Part shown: piece after piece, positions 29,012 to 39,021 of the stretch
Layout of the letters: each line of letters begins with the position of its first letter
Numbering within the stretch: position 1 is the first letter of the stretch
Source of the DNA: an uncultured candidatus Brocadiaceae bacterium
GTDB taxonomy: Bacteria > Planctomycetota > UBA1135 > UBA2386
Direction: 5' to 3'
DNA: 64,000 nucleotides
Assembly (NCBI GenBank): GCA_964538915.1
Contig: CAZIFB010000005.1
Coordinates: forward strand, 43,747 to 107,746
Notes under the pieces: model-generated
Told to the model about the DNA's origin: nothing
Databases searched by the model: none
The model's input: only the letters and a program-made list of their open reading frames with translations
Made by a program: the position numbers and the translations under genes

Positions 29012-31956
29012 CGCGCGATGGCCTCGTTGCGAATGACCTGCTCGAGCCGGCCGCGGTACGTGGTGACCGTCATCGTCTCGTAGTTGAGTTCGATTCGCGG
29101 CGCGACGAAGCGGCGGTCGTCGGGCAGGGTCACGACCGCGCCGTCCGGATCGCGAGCGATCAGGCGGCCCCAGCGAAGGTCGAGTTCGACCTCGGCACTG
29201 TGCGCCTTCGCCTGCGACCAGTCGAGGTCGACGCCTTTGCCGAGCACCTGGACCACTTCGCCGGTGTCCTTGCGGCGCACCATCCGCAGCTGTTCGGCGC
29301 CGATCTGCATGCCTTCGTCGTCCGCCTCACCGTCGGGCCGCAGTGTGTGTGCCTTCACCGGACCGTGGAACACGACTGCGTCCGGCATCACTTCGATGTC
29401 GCCCTGGCACGACGAGGTCATGTGCGCCAGCAGACCGGGCGAACGCGGGTCGTGCAACGTCACGGTCGGGAGCACGAACGTCGAACGATCCGGGAACGCG
29501 CGCAGCGCCTGCAGCCGGACCGAGTCGTCGCGGAACACCCGCACCTGCGCACCGCGGGCGATCGCCTCGCGACCCTCGTGCGTGCGCCGCACTTCGGCCG
29601 GCACGAGGTCGTCCGGATCGCCGAGGAACAACGCTGCCTCCGCCCCTTGCGACAGCACGAGCCGCTTGCCGACGCCGTCGAACACACCTTGCCGCGGATC
29701 CTCGAGGTGGAAGCGGTGCACGCCGTCGGCGATGAGCCAGGCCTTGCCGAGCGCGTGGAACGGCAGCCCGGCGACCGGCCCCGTCGCTCCGGCCGCGAAC
29801 ATGCGTTGTGCTTCGCGGGTCATCGCGAACGGCAGCGCGCGCAGACGATCGGCCTCGAACGTCGACGTGCTGGCTGTCCCGGCCGGGTCGGCCCACGTCG
29901 CGGTCACGACGGGCCGCCAGTCTTCCACGGCGACCGCATCGACGAACACGTCGCTGCCGCCGAGGTGGTGTGCGTCGATGCGCGGTCCTTCGACGACGAC
30001 CTCCATCGCAGGGTGATCGCCGGTGGCCGCGATCTGCCGAGACAGCACGGGGCGTGCATGCTCACGCGCGAGGTCGAACCAGCGACGTTCTGGATCGTTC
30101 TGGTCCGCGGTCGTGAGTCGCAGCGAGCCGGGGCCGATCTGTTCGAACCGCGGCGCCGTTGCGGTCACGACGTCGCCGTCGCGGGAGCGCGTCGCGCGGG
30201 CGGGCAGGCCGGCGGCATCGAGGCTCGCGACCTCCGTGTCCTCGAGCACGACGTCGAGCGCGTTGAGACCGTCGAGGTCGACACCCTGGGTGCCGAGCCG
30301 GGCGGAGATCGTCGGACCGGGAGCGCGCAGCACGACGTTCGTGCGGGTCCCGCGCCGGATCACTTCGCACGCGCCGGTGCCGTGCGCCTTCGCGTTGCCC
30401 TGCACGACTTCGTAGTGGTGCGACGACCGCCATTGCGATCGTTCCGCTGCGACCGCGGGTGCGGGCGGGCCGAGGCGCCAGCGTTCTCCTTCGGGCGAGA
30501 GCAGCGCGGCGAAGCCGTCGTTGCCCGTGACGAGCATCCCGCGCGGGTTCTCGGTCGTCGGTCGCCGCTCGATCCGCACCGCCCCGGATCCCCGTGCCGC
30601 GCCGAACCTGCTGTCCGTTCGCGAGAGAACCTGCAGACCCTTGCTGGAGGTGATCGTTCGCGACGCGTCTTCGATGCGCGAATCGCCCTCGAACGCGACA
30701 CAGTGCGTCTTCGTGAGGGGCCGCAGCGTCCACTGCGGGAACCCGAACTGGCGGTGCGTCGCCCCGACCGAGTTGCCGATGTCGAGCACGTGGATGCGCC
30801 GCGGTGACGTGCCGCGCAGCACTCCGTCGATCTTCGTGTTCGCACCGAAGCGGTCGATCTCGACGGTCGACTCGCCGCCGTACGCCGTGATCTGGCACGC
30901 ATCGCCGAGCGGACCCGGCAGCACCTTGATCTTCGGGGTGCGCAGCTTGTCGCGGCCCATCGTGACCACGGCGGGTGCACCGGTGAACAGCAGTTGGCGC
31001 CATGCGAGGCGCCCGCCGCCGCGGGCGGGGTCGTCGCGCTCCGCGCGGAGCAGCCGACCCACGAACTGGTCGCCGCGAATCTCGATCGGCTCGGCGTCGC
31101 CACCGCCCTTCGCTCCGCCGCCGAGGCCGGCGCCGCCGCTCGTGATCACGAGGCGCACGTCGTCGTCGAGCGTGACCCGCCCGGCGCCATCGGCGAGATC
31201 CTCGGACCAGTGCAGGCGACCCTTCGCAGTGACCCGGGCCCCGTCCGTCACGAGGTCCGGCTCGTGCAGAACCTCGACGTCGATGCGCTGCAGCGGGCTC
31301 TTCCGATCACGCGGGAAGCGCGCTTGCAGGCCCTTGCCGCGCAGCGTGCCGCTGCGCTCGCCGGCGACGACGAGATTCACCGGATCGGTTTCGTTCGCCG
31401 TCGTGACGACCAGCTCGTCGTCGCCGACCTTCACCTTCGCGTTGCCCAGCTCGAGGCGCATGCCGGGATGGCTCGAACCGGGCAGCGTGTGGATCACGGC
31501 ATCACGAAGGTCGATGTCCTTGTGCTCGCGCAGCGACGGCTTGCCGCTCGCGTCGCGGTCGAGTTCGAGGAACGCCTGTCGCGCGATGAGACGCACCGTC
31601 GGCGTGTCGTGCTCGAAGAGCAGCACCTCGACGTCGTCCAGTTGCTGCACGGCTTCGCTGATGGGTGCGCTGTCCGCCGCGGACAGATGGAACACCTTCT
31701 CGTTGCGCGTGGATCCGTCGGGAAGTCGGATCGACCGGAACTGCGGCAGCTCGATCGGACCGTTCTGCGACACGGACACCGGGATGCGCCCTTGCTGCGT
31801 CGTGACGCCGGCGGGCGGTCGCGGTCGCGGGGTCGTCGTGGTCGAGGTCGCGCTGGGCTCGCTGTTCGCGCGCACGGTTTCGTCGTCGCCCACGGCGAAG
31901 TGCAGCGCCGTGATGCCGAGCGCGACGAGCAGCAGGAATGCGAGCAGGCGCTTCAC
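29008..31956 (-). CDS. Membrane-anchored 982 aa periplasmic protein in the lptC/lptA position of the kds-lpt operon
   Basis: GTG at 31956-31954 forms a GTGA overlap with the kdsC stop. N-terminal anchor is VKRLLAFLLLVALGITALHF. Long beta-rich sequence, but no motif I can name with certainty. Confidence 0.6.
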   Translation of the reverse strand: MKRLLAFLLLVALGITALHFAVGDDETVRANSEPSATSTTTTPRPRPPAGVTTQQGRIPVSVSQNGPIELPQFRSIRLPDGSTRNEKVFHLSAADSAPISEAVQQLDDVEVLLFEHDTPTVRLIARQAFLELDRDASGKPSLREHKDIDLRDAVIHTLPGSSHPGMRLELGNAKVKVGDDELVVTTANETDPVNLVVAGERSGTLRGKGLQARFPRDRKSPLQRIDVEVLHEPDLVTDGARVTAKGRLHWSEDLADGAGRVTLDDDVRLVITSGGAGLGGGAKGGGDAEPIEIRGDQFVGRLLRAERDDPARGGGRLAWRQLLFTGAPAVVTMGRDKLRTPKIKVLPGPLGDACQITAYGGESTVEIDRFGANTKIDGVLRGTSPRRIHVLDIGNSVGATHRQFGFPQWTLRPLTKTHCVAFEGDSRIEDASRTITSSKGLQVLSRTDSRFGAARGSGAVRIERRPTTENPRGMLVTGNDGFAALLSPEGERWRLGPPAPAVAAERSQWRSSHHYEVVQGNAKAHGTGACEVIRRGTRTNVVLRAPGPTISARLGTQGVDLDGLNALDVVLEDTEVASLDAAGLPARATRSRDGDVVTATAPRFEQIGPGSLRLTTADQNDPERRWFDLAREHARPVLSRQIAATGDHPAMEVVVEGPRIDAHHLGGSDVFVDAVAVEDWRPVVTATWADPAGTASTSTFEADRLRALPFAMTREAQRMFAAGATGPVAGLPFHALGKAWLIADGVHRFHLEDPRQGVFDGVGKRLVLSQGAEAALFLGDPDDLVPAEVRRTHEGREAIARGAQVRVFRDDSVRLQALRAFPDRSTFVLPTVTLHDPRSPGLLAHMTSSCQGDIEVMPDAVVFHGPVKAHTLRPDGEADDEGMQIGAEQLRMVRRKDTGEVVQVLGKGVDLDWSQAKAHSAEVELDLRWGRLIARDPDGAVVTLPDDRRFVAPRIELNYETMTVTTYRGRLEQVIRNEAIAR

Positions 31957-32507
31957 GGTCGACCTTCCCCGCGCACGACGGCATCCCACGCGCCCCGTGC
32001 GCGCAGAAGTTCTTCGACGACGTCTCGGGCGGCGCCGAATCCAGCCGCGCGGTGGGAGACGTAGTGGACGGCCGGGGCCAGTTCCGGTCGGGCCTCGGGC
32101 ACGGTTGCGGCGAACCCGACCTGCCGCAGGACGGGCAGGTCGAGGAGGTCGTCGCCGACGTAGGCGACCTGGACCGGCTCCAGGCCGCGGCGCTGCAGGA
32201 TCTCCTGGAACGCGACGGCCTTGTCCACCCGACTCAGCACGACCTCGTGGACGCCGAGTTCGCGCGCCCGCCGCTCGACGACTTCTCCGCCTCGACCCGA
32301 CAGGAAACCCGACTGCCCGCCGGAGCGGTGCCAGTACACGAGCCCGGCGGCGTCGTGCACGTGGAACGACTTGTACTCCTTGCCGTCGCGGTCGAAGTGG
32401 ATGCGGCCGTCGGTGAGCACGCCGTCGACGTCGAGCAGGAGCAGGCGGATCGCCGCCAGGGTGCGGTCGTCGGGTCGCGGTCGACCGGGAACGAGCGGTT
32501 GGGGCAT
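31953..32507 (-). CDS. kdsC: 3-deoxy-D-manno-octulosonate 8-phosphate phosphatase (HAD-IIIA)
   Basis: 184 aa. LLLLDVDGVLTDGRI, SGRGG and YVGDDLLDLPVL motifs of KdsC. 1-nt overlap with kdsD. Confidence 0.85.
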   Translation of the reverse strand: MPQPLVPGRPRPDDRTLAAIRLLLLDVDGVLTDGRIHFDRDGKEYKSFHVHDAAGLVYWHRSGGQSGFLSGRGGEVVERRARELGVHEVVLSRVDKAVAFQEILQRRGLEPVQVAYVGDDLLDLPVLRQVGFAATVPEARPELAPAVHYVSHRAAGFGAARDVVEELLRARGAWDAVVRGEGRP

Positions 32508-33478
32508 CAGCCGATCTTCAGGTTCAGGAGATCCTGCACGTCGAGCAGGCCCAGGAGGCGGCCGTCGGTGTCCACGACGGGCAGCTGGTCGAGATGGAAC
32601 TGGTGCAGCGTCGCGAGCGCTTCGAGGGCGAACGTCTCGGTGCCGATGCAGCGAGGGTTCTTCGTCATGGCTTCGTCGATGCGGCTCTGGCGCGGATCCT
32701 GGAGGCCGCGCTCGATGAGTCGGCGCAGGTCGCCGTCGGTGAAGAACCCGAGCAGCCGACCTGCGGCGTCGACGACGCTGGTGGCTCCCGGTCGGCCGGG
32801 GGTCCGGGTCATGACCTCGATCGCCTGCAGCACCGTCGCCCCGCTGCGCACCTGCGGGTTGCGGTCGCCGGTGCGCATCAGTTCACCGACGCGCATGAGG
32901 CGTCGGCCCAGGTCGCCGCCGGGGTGGAAGCGGGCGAAGTCCTCGGGGCCGAAGCGCCGCCCCTCCTGAACGACGAGCGCGAGCGCATCCCCGAGGGCCA
33001 GCATCGCGGTCGTCGAAGCACTCGGCGCGAGGCCGTACGGCCCGGCTTCGTCGATTCGACCGAGTTCGAGCACGAGGTCGCAGTGTCGGCCGAGGGTCGA
33101 CTTCGCGTCCTGCGTGATGCCGACGATCGGCACGGCGGCGGCTTTCACGTGCGGCAGCATCACGAGCAGCTCCTGCGTCTCGCCGGACTTCGAGAACGCG
33201 AGCAGCAGATCGCCTGCGTCGACGCGGCCGAGGTCGCCGTGGATGGCTTCGGCCGGGTGCAGGAAGATGGATGGTGTTCCGGTCGAGGCGAGCGTGGCGC
33301 TGACCTTCTGCGCGATGAAGCCTGCCTTGCCCATGCCGGCCGTCACGACCCGGCCGCGCAGGCCGAGGATCATGTCGATCGCGCGCAGGAACGGCGCGCC
33401 GATGCCCTCGGCGACCTGGCGTACGGCGGCGGCTTCGCGCTCGACGATCTCGCGAGCGCGTTCGATCCTCGGGTCCAT
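32507..33478 (-). CDS. kdsD: Arabinose-5-phosphate isomerase (SIS plus tandem CBS domains)
   Basis: 323 aa. GRVVTAGMGKAGFIAQKVSATLASTGTPSIFLHPAEAIHGDLG is the SIS domain; the C-terminal CBS pair includes QLPVVD. Confidence 0.9.
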   Translation of the reverse strand: MDPRIERAREIVEREAAAVRQVAEGIGAPFLRAIDMILGLRGRVVTAGMGKAGFIAQKVSATLASTGTPSIFLHPAEAIHGDLGRVDAGDLLLAFSKSGETQELLVMLPHVKAAAVPIVGITQDAKSTLGRHCDLVLELGRIDEAGPYGLAPSASTTAMLALGDALALVVQEGRRFGPEDFARFHPGGDLGRRLMRVGELMRTGDRNPQVRSGATVLQAIEVMTRTPGRPGATSVVDAAGRLLGFFTDGDLRRLIERGLQDPRQSRIDEAMTKNPRCIGTETFALEALATLHQFHLDQLPVVDTDGRLLGLLDVQDLLNLKIG

Positions 33479-33533
33479 GCGGGCGGAGACAGTAGCACAC
33501 GCTCCGTCCGCGGACCCCTGTCCCTCCTGCGGC

Positions 33534-34733
33534 TCAAACGCCCGTCGAGGACGGCACGTTCGCCGGCAGCAGATCGTCCTGACGGGCCATCGTCATCGCC
33601 CGTTCGAACCACTCGTCGATGCGGTCGAAGCGGCCGGTTCGCTCGAGCCACTTGCGGTCGAACTGCCGTCTTGCCGCTTCGACGCGGGCTTCGTCGCCGG
33701 TGGCCGCGAGCATTTCGGCGAGTGTGTCCGCAACGTGCACCGCGCCGGTCACCCCGAACTCCGAGAGGCCGCTCGAGCTCGGCCAGTGGTGGTGGAGTAC
33801 GGCTTCGACGATGAGCAGAGGCAGACCCCAGACCGAGATCAGGTAGGCGCCGACCCGCGGGTGCAGCGCGGCGAGTTCGGCTTCCGCGAGGCGACCCTCG
33901 CCGTAGCCGCGGCCAGCCATCACGAGCTCACCCACGTCGTGCAGGAGCCCGACCGTGAACGCCGCTTCGGAGTCCGACGGGTCCGCGACGATGTCTGCGG
34001 CGAGCCGCGCGACGAGCACCGCGTGGCGCTGGCGGTCCGACAGGAACTCGTCGCTCGCCAGCCCGGCGTGCCCGATGTTGTCGAAGATCTCCGCGCCGAG
34101 CACGAGCTGCTTCAGGCGCGCGAGGCCGATGTACGCAGTGGCCTGGCGCAACGACGACATCGGGCGAGACGGGCCGAAGTAGCTCGAGTTGACGATCTGC
34201 AGCAGCTTCGTCGCGAGACCCGGGTCTTCGCTGATCGTCTTGGACACGACGTCGAGACTCACCTCCGGATCGGCCAGCGCTTCCGACAGTGCGAGGAACG
34301 TCTGCGGGGGCGACGGCAGCGCGGTCAGCCGATGCACCACGGCGCGCAGTTCTTCCGACGCCAGATTCGATTGCACGACGAGAGCGCGGTTCACGACGTC
34401 GACGAGCGTCGCTGCAGTGCAGGGAATCGCGACGCACTGGTGCGCCACAGTCGCCGCCTGCAGCGCCACCGGACTACCGAACGTCTTGGTCAGCGCGAAG
34501 CGGATCGCGCGCGGCTGTTGTCGGCGCGCGTCGCGCAGGAGATTCACTCCGTTCAGTCCGAGGCGCTCGACGTCGACGAAGACGAAGTCGAACACACCGT
34601 TCTGCAGGCGATCCTTCGCTTCCGCGACCGTGGCGACGCGTTCCGGGTTCCACGTGGCCGAGCGATCGAGGCGCAACCGGGCGATCGTCTCGATCAGACC
34701 GGGGTTGTCCGTGACGAACAGGAGATGCTTCAT
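33534..34733 (-). CDS. Receiver-like domain plus HDOD domain signalling protein
   Basis: ATG at 34733-34731 (MKHLLFVTDNPG...). HDOD-type region has LPSPPQTFLALSEALADPEVSLDVVSKTISEDPGLATKLLQIVNSSYFG and GLLHDVGELV. The 5' part of the track ORF was dropped. Confidence 0.75.
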   Translation of the reverse strand: MKHLLFVTDNPGLIETIARLRLDRSATWNPERVATVAEAKDRLQNGVFDFVFVDVERLGLNGVNLLRDARRQQPRAIRFALTKTFGSPVALQAATVAHQCVAIPCTAATLVDVVNRALVVQSNLASEELRAVVHRLTALPSPPQTFLALSEALADPEVSLDVVSKTISEDPGLATKLLQIVNSSYFGPSRPMSSLRQATAYIGLARLKQLVLGAEIFDNIGHAGLASDEFLSDRQRHAVLVARLAADIVADPSDSEAAFTVGLLHDVGELVMAGRGYGEGRLAEAELAALHPRVGAYLISVWGLPLLIVEAVLHHHWPSSSGLSEFGVTGAVHVADTLAEMLAATGDEARVEAARRQFDRKWLERTGRFDRIDEWFERAMTMARQDDLLPANVPSSTGV

Positions 34734-34818
34734 CCGGAGCCTTTTTCGCCAGGATCCCCCACGATGTTCATGAGGGAGAGCCCTCACGGAACGGCGCGCT
34801 CGATGGGGTCGCAGGGCG

Positions 34819-35787
34819 TCAGGATCGGCCGTTGCCAGCGATGTCGGCGACCACGGACAGAAACTGCCCACGGATCGAAGCGCGCAACGACGTGGTCCGG
34901 CGCGCGATCACTTCGCCGTCGAGGGTGACCGGCAGGGGTGTCGAAGGCGACATCACGACTTCGTTGCAGCGCTCGAGTCGGACACGCGGATCCCGGCCGT
35001 GCCGCCGGCGGAGCAGGCGGGCGAGGAGGCCGAGCGTGGCGAACGCGGACGACGACGTGACGCGGAGCACGTCGAGAGCGTTGTCCTCGACCGAGGCGTC
35101 CGGAGCGAAGTGCAGTCCGCCGCCGACGCGCGGCCCGTTGCACGCCGACGCGAAGAGCACGGGCAGGGTCTCGGTCACCGCCGTGCTGCCGCTCGTGTAG
35201 GTCATGTCGCAGTCGACGACCCGCTGCCGCCGCGCCGCGCGCACCGTCGCCGTGAGGTAGAGCGGCAGGCCGCGCAGCCAGCGCAGTTCGCCGGCCGCGA
35301 GCACGACGTCGGCTTCGAAGCCGAGACCTGCGTCGTTGACGAAGAGACGCTGCACCGCGCCGTGTTCGCAGTCGAGCCGGGCGTCGCCGACGTCGATCGT
35401 TCGTGTACGGCCGTGCGCCAGTCGAAGCGCCAGCTCGTCGACGTCGCGCGTCTGCCCTGCATTCGCCGCGAAGTCGTCGCCGCTGCCGGCCGGCAGCACC
35501 GCGAAAGGCCCGATGCGGCCGGCGCGCACGGGCAGTCCGTTGACGCATTCGTTCACCGTGCCGTCGCCGCCGATCGCCACCACCGCACTCGTGGCATCGC
35601 GTGCGAGGGTCGTGGCGTGGCCCGCGCCCGTCGTCTCGACGATCCGGAACGCGAGCCCGCGACGACGCAGACTCTCGGCCAGACGCTCGGCCCGCGCTCG
35701 CGCCGCCCCCTTTCCCGCGCGCGGATTGGCGATCACCAGGATCTCTTTCGCGGCGTGCGGATCGCGCGTCATCGGCGCGCCGAGCAT
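34819..35787 (-). CDS. Diacylglycerol/lipid kinase family protein (YegS/BmrU/LCB5-like)
   Basis: C-terminal 322 aa of the 34819..36840 ORF. ATG at 35787 (alternative 35772). ILVIANPRAGKG and VVAIGGDGTVNECVNGL are the DAGK catalytic-domain motifs. Confidence 0.8.
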   Translation of the reverse strand: MLGAPMTRDPHAAKEILVIANPRAGKGAARARAERLAESLRRRGLAFRIVETTGAGHATTLARDATSAVVAIGGDGTVNECVNGLPVRAGRIGPFAVLPAGSGDDFAANAGQTRDVDELALRLAHGRTRTIDVGDARLDCEHGAVQRLFVNDAGLGFEADVVLAAGELRWLRGLPLYLTATVRAARRQRVVDCDMTYTSGSTAVTETLPVLFASACNGPRVGGGLHFAPDASVEDNALDVLRVTSSSAFATLGLLARLLRRRHGRDPRVRLERCNEVVMSPSTPLPVTLDGEVIARRTTSLRASIRGQFLSVVADIAGNGRS

Positions 35788-35808
35788 ACTGCGCGCCCTC
35801 CGCCCGCC

Positions 35809-36597
35809 GTGACCGACGTTCCCCGCACACCAGTCGCGCTGATCACCGGAGCGTCGAGCGGCATCGGCGCGGCGCTCGCGATCGAACTCGCCGCCGCCGG
35901 ATACGCGCTCGTTCTGTCCGCACGCGGACTCGACCGGCTCGAAGCGACCTCGGCGGTCGTCCGGGGGCGAGGCGGTCGGGCGCTCGTCGTGCCGTGCGAC
36001 GTCGCCGATCGCGGTGCGGTTGCCGAGCTCGTCGCGCGTGCGCTCGCCGAGACCGGGCGACTCGACGTCGTCGTCGCGAATGCCGGCGTCTACTCGCGCA
36101 AGGCGGCGACGCAGCTCGGGCGTGCGGACTTCGAGGACGCCTTCGCCGTCAACTTCTTCGGCGCGGTGCACCTGATCGAGGCGGCGCTGCCGCATCTCCA
36201 GCGGCAACGGGCCGGACACCTCGTGCTCATGACGTCGTTCGACGCGAAGAAGGCGATGCCGCACGACGGAGCGTACGCCGCGGCGAAGGCGGCGCTCGCG
36301 ACGTTCGGCGCGACGCTGCGGCAGGACCTTCGCCAGAGCGGTGTGCACGTGTGCACCGTGTTTCCCGGCCGCGTCGACACGCCGATGATCGACGACCTCG
36401 ACGTTCCCGCGATCTCGGCGAAGATCCGGCCCGAACGGGTCGCCCGCGCGGTCCTTCGGGCGATCCGCCGCCGCCGCTCGGAGGTCGTCGTGCCGTGGCA
36501 CTGCGGGCTGCTCGCGTGGGCCGACCAGGTGTCCCCGCGCCTCGGCGACTGGTTCGTCCGTGTGCTCCATCTCGACGGACGCCCGCGCTCGCCTTGA
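35809..36597 (+). CDS. Short-chain dehydrogenase/reductase (SDR)
   Basis: GTG at 35809, in frame with the 34999..36597 ORF. ALITGASSGIGAALA (TGxxxGxG), NAG and YAAAKAA (YxxxK). Confidence 0.85.
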   Translation: MTDVPRTPVALITGASSGIGAALAIELAAAGYALVLSARGLDRLEATSAVVRGRGGRALVVPCDVADRGAVAELVARALAETGRLDVVVANAGVYSRKAATQLGRADFEDAFAVNFFGAVHLIEAALPHLQRQRAGHLVLMTSFDAKKAMPHDGAYAAAKAALATFGATLRQDLRQSGVHVCTVFPGRVDTPMIDDLDVPAISAKIRPERVARAVLRAIRRRRSEVVVPWHCGLLAWADQVSPRLGDWFVRVLHLDGRPRSP

Positions 36598-36624
36598 TCT
36601 CGGGCGAGGACTAAGCTCCGCCCC

Positions 36625-38175
36625 GTGCTGCCCGGCGATCCCCCCACGACCCACGCGTTCCTGCGCCACGTGCGCATCGCCGCGGTGGACGGTCCGTCGA
36701 CGCCGTTGCTCGACCGCGTGGTCGCGGGTGTGCAGCGCGCCCTCTGCGACCGCGGGCACGAGTGGACACGAACGCCCGACGATCGCACGGATTCGTTCGT
36801 CACGACCGCGCGTCTGCACGAGCCGGTGTCGTGGCGACATTCGCCGTTGTTCACGGGCCGCAAGCGGTACGGGCTCGCTGGCAAGCCGGCGACCTACACC
36901 TTCGTGCAGGTGACGGAGACCGCGCTCGCGGAGCTGCTGCGCCGCTTCGAGGCCGCGCTAGCGAAGGACGAACCGTCGCCGGCGGACTTCGACTTCCCGG
37001 GCCTGTCGAAGAACGCGTGGCAGGTGCTGCTCGACCAGGGGCGTCGCGGCGGGCCGATGATGTGCGTCGGTCGTCTGCTGCAGGCGCAGAGCAAGAGCCT
37101 TCGCGTGGTGATGGTCGTCGGCGACACGAAGATCGGCGCGGCGTACCTGTTCGACCTCGCCGGAGCCTACCCGCGCATCGACGGAACCGCACAGGAGCCG
37201 TTCTTCGCCGAACTCGCGCTTCGCATCGCGACGCACCTCAGCACGCGCGAGGTCACCCAGCACGCGATCGAAGGCGCACCGATCGCCCGTGCATTGTGGG
37301 AGCGTTCGCAGGCGCCGTCGGCGATGTTGCGCGCTTCCCGTGAACTCGGCGCGCGCGCGTTCTTCACCCGGATGGTACGCATCGCCGACCTCGTCGACGT
37401 ACCGGCGATCACGGACTCCGTCGCGCAGCAGTACAGCGAGGGCTGCTTCGGCACCTGGGATCCGACGCTGCGCGCGCAGCTCGTGACGGTGACCGGCAGC
37501 CAGCATCCCGTCGTGAAGGCGAGCCTGCAGGAGGACGACCTCGCCGTCATCACCGGAGTGCTGTCGTGCGGCAGCGGCGCGCGCGTCCGTACGGTCGAGG
37601 GCCTGCGCAACGATCCGCCGTCGTCGGAAGCCGTCGAGTTCGTGACGATCGACCGCTGTCTGCCTGCGCACCGTCCGCATGCGTCGTTCGGCATCGAGGG
37701 CGAAGTGCCCGTCGTGCGAAGCAAGCTGCACGGACATCGCGGCGTCGTCGCGTTCGACCCGCGCACCGTCGAATACGTGCCGCTCGACGCGCCGTACTTC
37801 GACTACCTCGTGTCCTGCTCCACCGAAGCGCAGGCGCAGGGCGTCACGGCGGCGTTTGCGCGCTCGCAGGCGCTGCGTGACCCGGCGGATCCACGAACGG
37901 TCGTCTTCACGGTGTTGCCGGGCCACGGCCTCCTGATGGCGGAGAAGTGGGTCCCCGGCACGCAACCGTTCGACGTGTTGCTCGCGGCGATGGACTCGCA
38001 CCGCCTCGAGGTGAGCCACGGCGTGCCGCAGGGTCGCATGCGTTACGTCGCGCAGGGCGATCGCATGGTGCTGCACCTCGACGGTGCCGTGGAAGGCGCG
38101 GTGCGGCTCGGCGCTGCCGACCGTGCGGCGGAAGTGCGCGACCTGCGCGTTCCGGGCGGCGTCGAGACGGTGTGA
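36625..38175 (+). CDS. Hypothetical protein, 516 aa, no family recognised
   Basis: Clean ORF in host-like codon usage, 27 nt after the SDR stop. No signal peptide, TM or catalytic motif that I can identify by eye. Confidence 0.6.
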   Translation: MLPGDPPTTHAFLRHVRIAAVDGPSTPLLDRVVAGVQRALCDRGHEWTRTPDDRTDSFVTTARLHEPVSWRHSPLFTGRKRYGLAGKPATYTFVQVTETALAELLRRFEAALAKDEPSPADFDFPGLSKNAWQVLLDQGRRGGPMMCVGRLLQAQSKSLRVVMVVGDTKIGAAYLFDLAGAYPRIDGTAQEPFFAELALRIATHLSTREVTQHAIEGAPIARALWERSQAPSAMLRASRELGARAFFTRMVRIADLVDVPAITDSVAQQYSEGCFGTWDPTLRAQLVTVTGSQHPVVKASLQEDDLAVITGVLSCGSGARVRTVEGLRNDPPSSEAVEFVTIDRCLPAHRPHASFGIEGEVPVVRSKLHGHRGVVAFDPRTVEYVPLDAPYFDYLVSCSTEAQAQGVTAAFARSQALRDPADPRTVVFTVLPGHGLLMAEKWVPGTQPFDVLLAAMDSHRLEVSHGVPQGRMRYVAQGDRMVLHLDGAVEGAVRLGAADRAAEVRDLRVPGGVETV

Positions 38176-38220
38176 GAGCGGCCGGCCGCCCGCGGGGCGG
38201 CGAGCAGTCCCCGTCGGGGA

Positions 38221-39021
38221 TCAGCCAGTCGCGAGCCAGTCGCGCAGCCGCGATTCGACGCGTTCGCGCAGCACCCGACTGTCGCTGCCGACGTCCGCCG
38301 GAAGATCGACCGCCAGCTGGCGCACACGCAGCACCGGCATCGGATGCGGAGGGCGGAACATCGGGACCTCGCGCGACAGCCACACCGGACGACAACGGAT
38401 CCCGACGGTGACGAGCGGCACGTTCGCGCGGCACGCGATCTCGAATGCGACCCGGCCGAAAGGGCGCAGGCCGTCGGGGAACGAGCGCGAGCCCTCGGGG
38501 AAGACGAAGATGCGCATGCCTTCGTGCAGGCGGCGGACACCGTCGTCGATGACCCGGCCGACGGAGATCGGATCGGTGCCCGGCCCTTCGAGCATGCCCG
38601 CGCCGACGAGCAGCGGGTGCACCATGCGGCGGCGGAAGACCGTCGACTTCACGATCGTGCAGGCGCCGCCGAGGCACGCACCGATCGCGGTGACGTCCAT
38701 CTGCGTCGGATGGTTGGCCACGACGACGCACGGTCCGGTCGGCAGGTCGGGCAGTGCCCCTCGGTGGTCGAAGTCGGCGACGCGGATCCAGCGCAGCCAG
38801 TGGTGCATGAAGCGGAATCCGAATCCCGTGATGCGCTGCAGGCGCAGCGCGCAGCGCAGCGGATCGCGGCGCCAGGCACGCACGAGGATCGCGAAGAGGA
38901 TGTAGCCGAAGAACCCGACGAAGAAGTAGCCGCCGACACTGAACGCGACGCCGAGCGTTCGCAGTGCGCGCTGCAAGAGGTAGCGCGGTGCCCGCACCGG
39001 CGCGTCCGCGGTCGCGGTCAT
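38221..39021 (-). CDS. Lysophospholipid (1-acyl-sn-glycerol-3-phosphate) acyltransferase family protein
   Basis: ATG at 39021-39019 (MTATADAPV...). NHPTQMD (HX4D) and FPEGSRS motifs of PlsC/LPLAT. N-terminal TM helices. ATGA overlap with the upstream gene's stop. Confidence 0.8.
   Translation of the reverse strand: MTATADAPVRAPRYLLQRALRTLGVAFSVGGYFFVGFFGYILFAILVRAWRRDPLRCALRLQRITGFGFRFMHHWLRWIRVADFDHRGALPDLPTGPCVVVANHPTQMDVTAIGACLGGACTIVKSTVFRRRMVHPLLVGAGMLEGPGTDPISVGRVIDDGVRRLHEGMRIFVFPEGSRSFPDGLRPFGRVAFEIACRANVPLVTVGIRCRPVWLSREVPMFRPPHPMPVLRVRQLAVDLPADVGSDSRVLRERVESRLRDWLATG

Noticed and set aside
26465-29083. 872 aa plus-strand ORF, and similar long ORFs at 29084..32416.
   Set aside because: They are antisense to the lptD-like and 982 aa genes, which have signal/anchor sequences and translational coupling. 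The products are low-complexity and Arg-rich.
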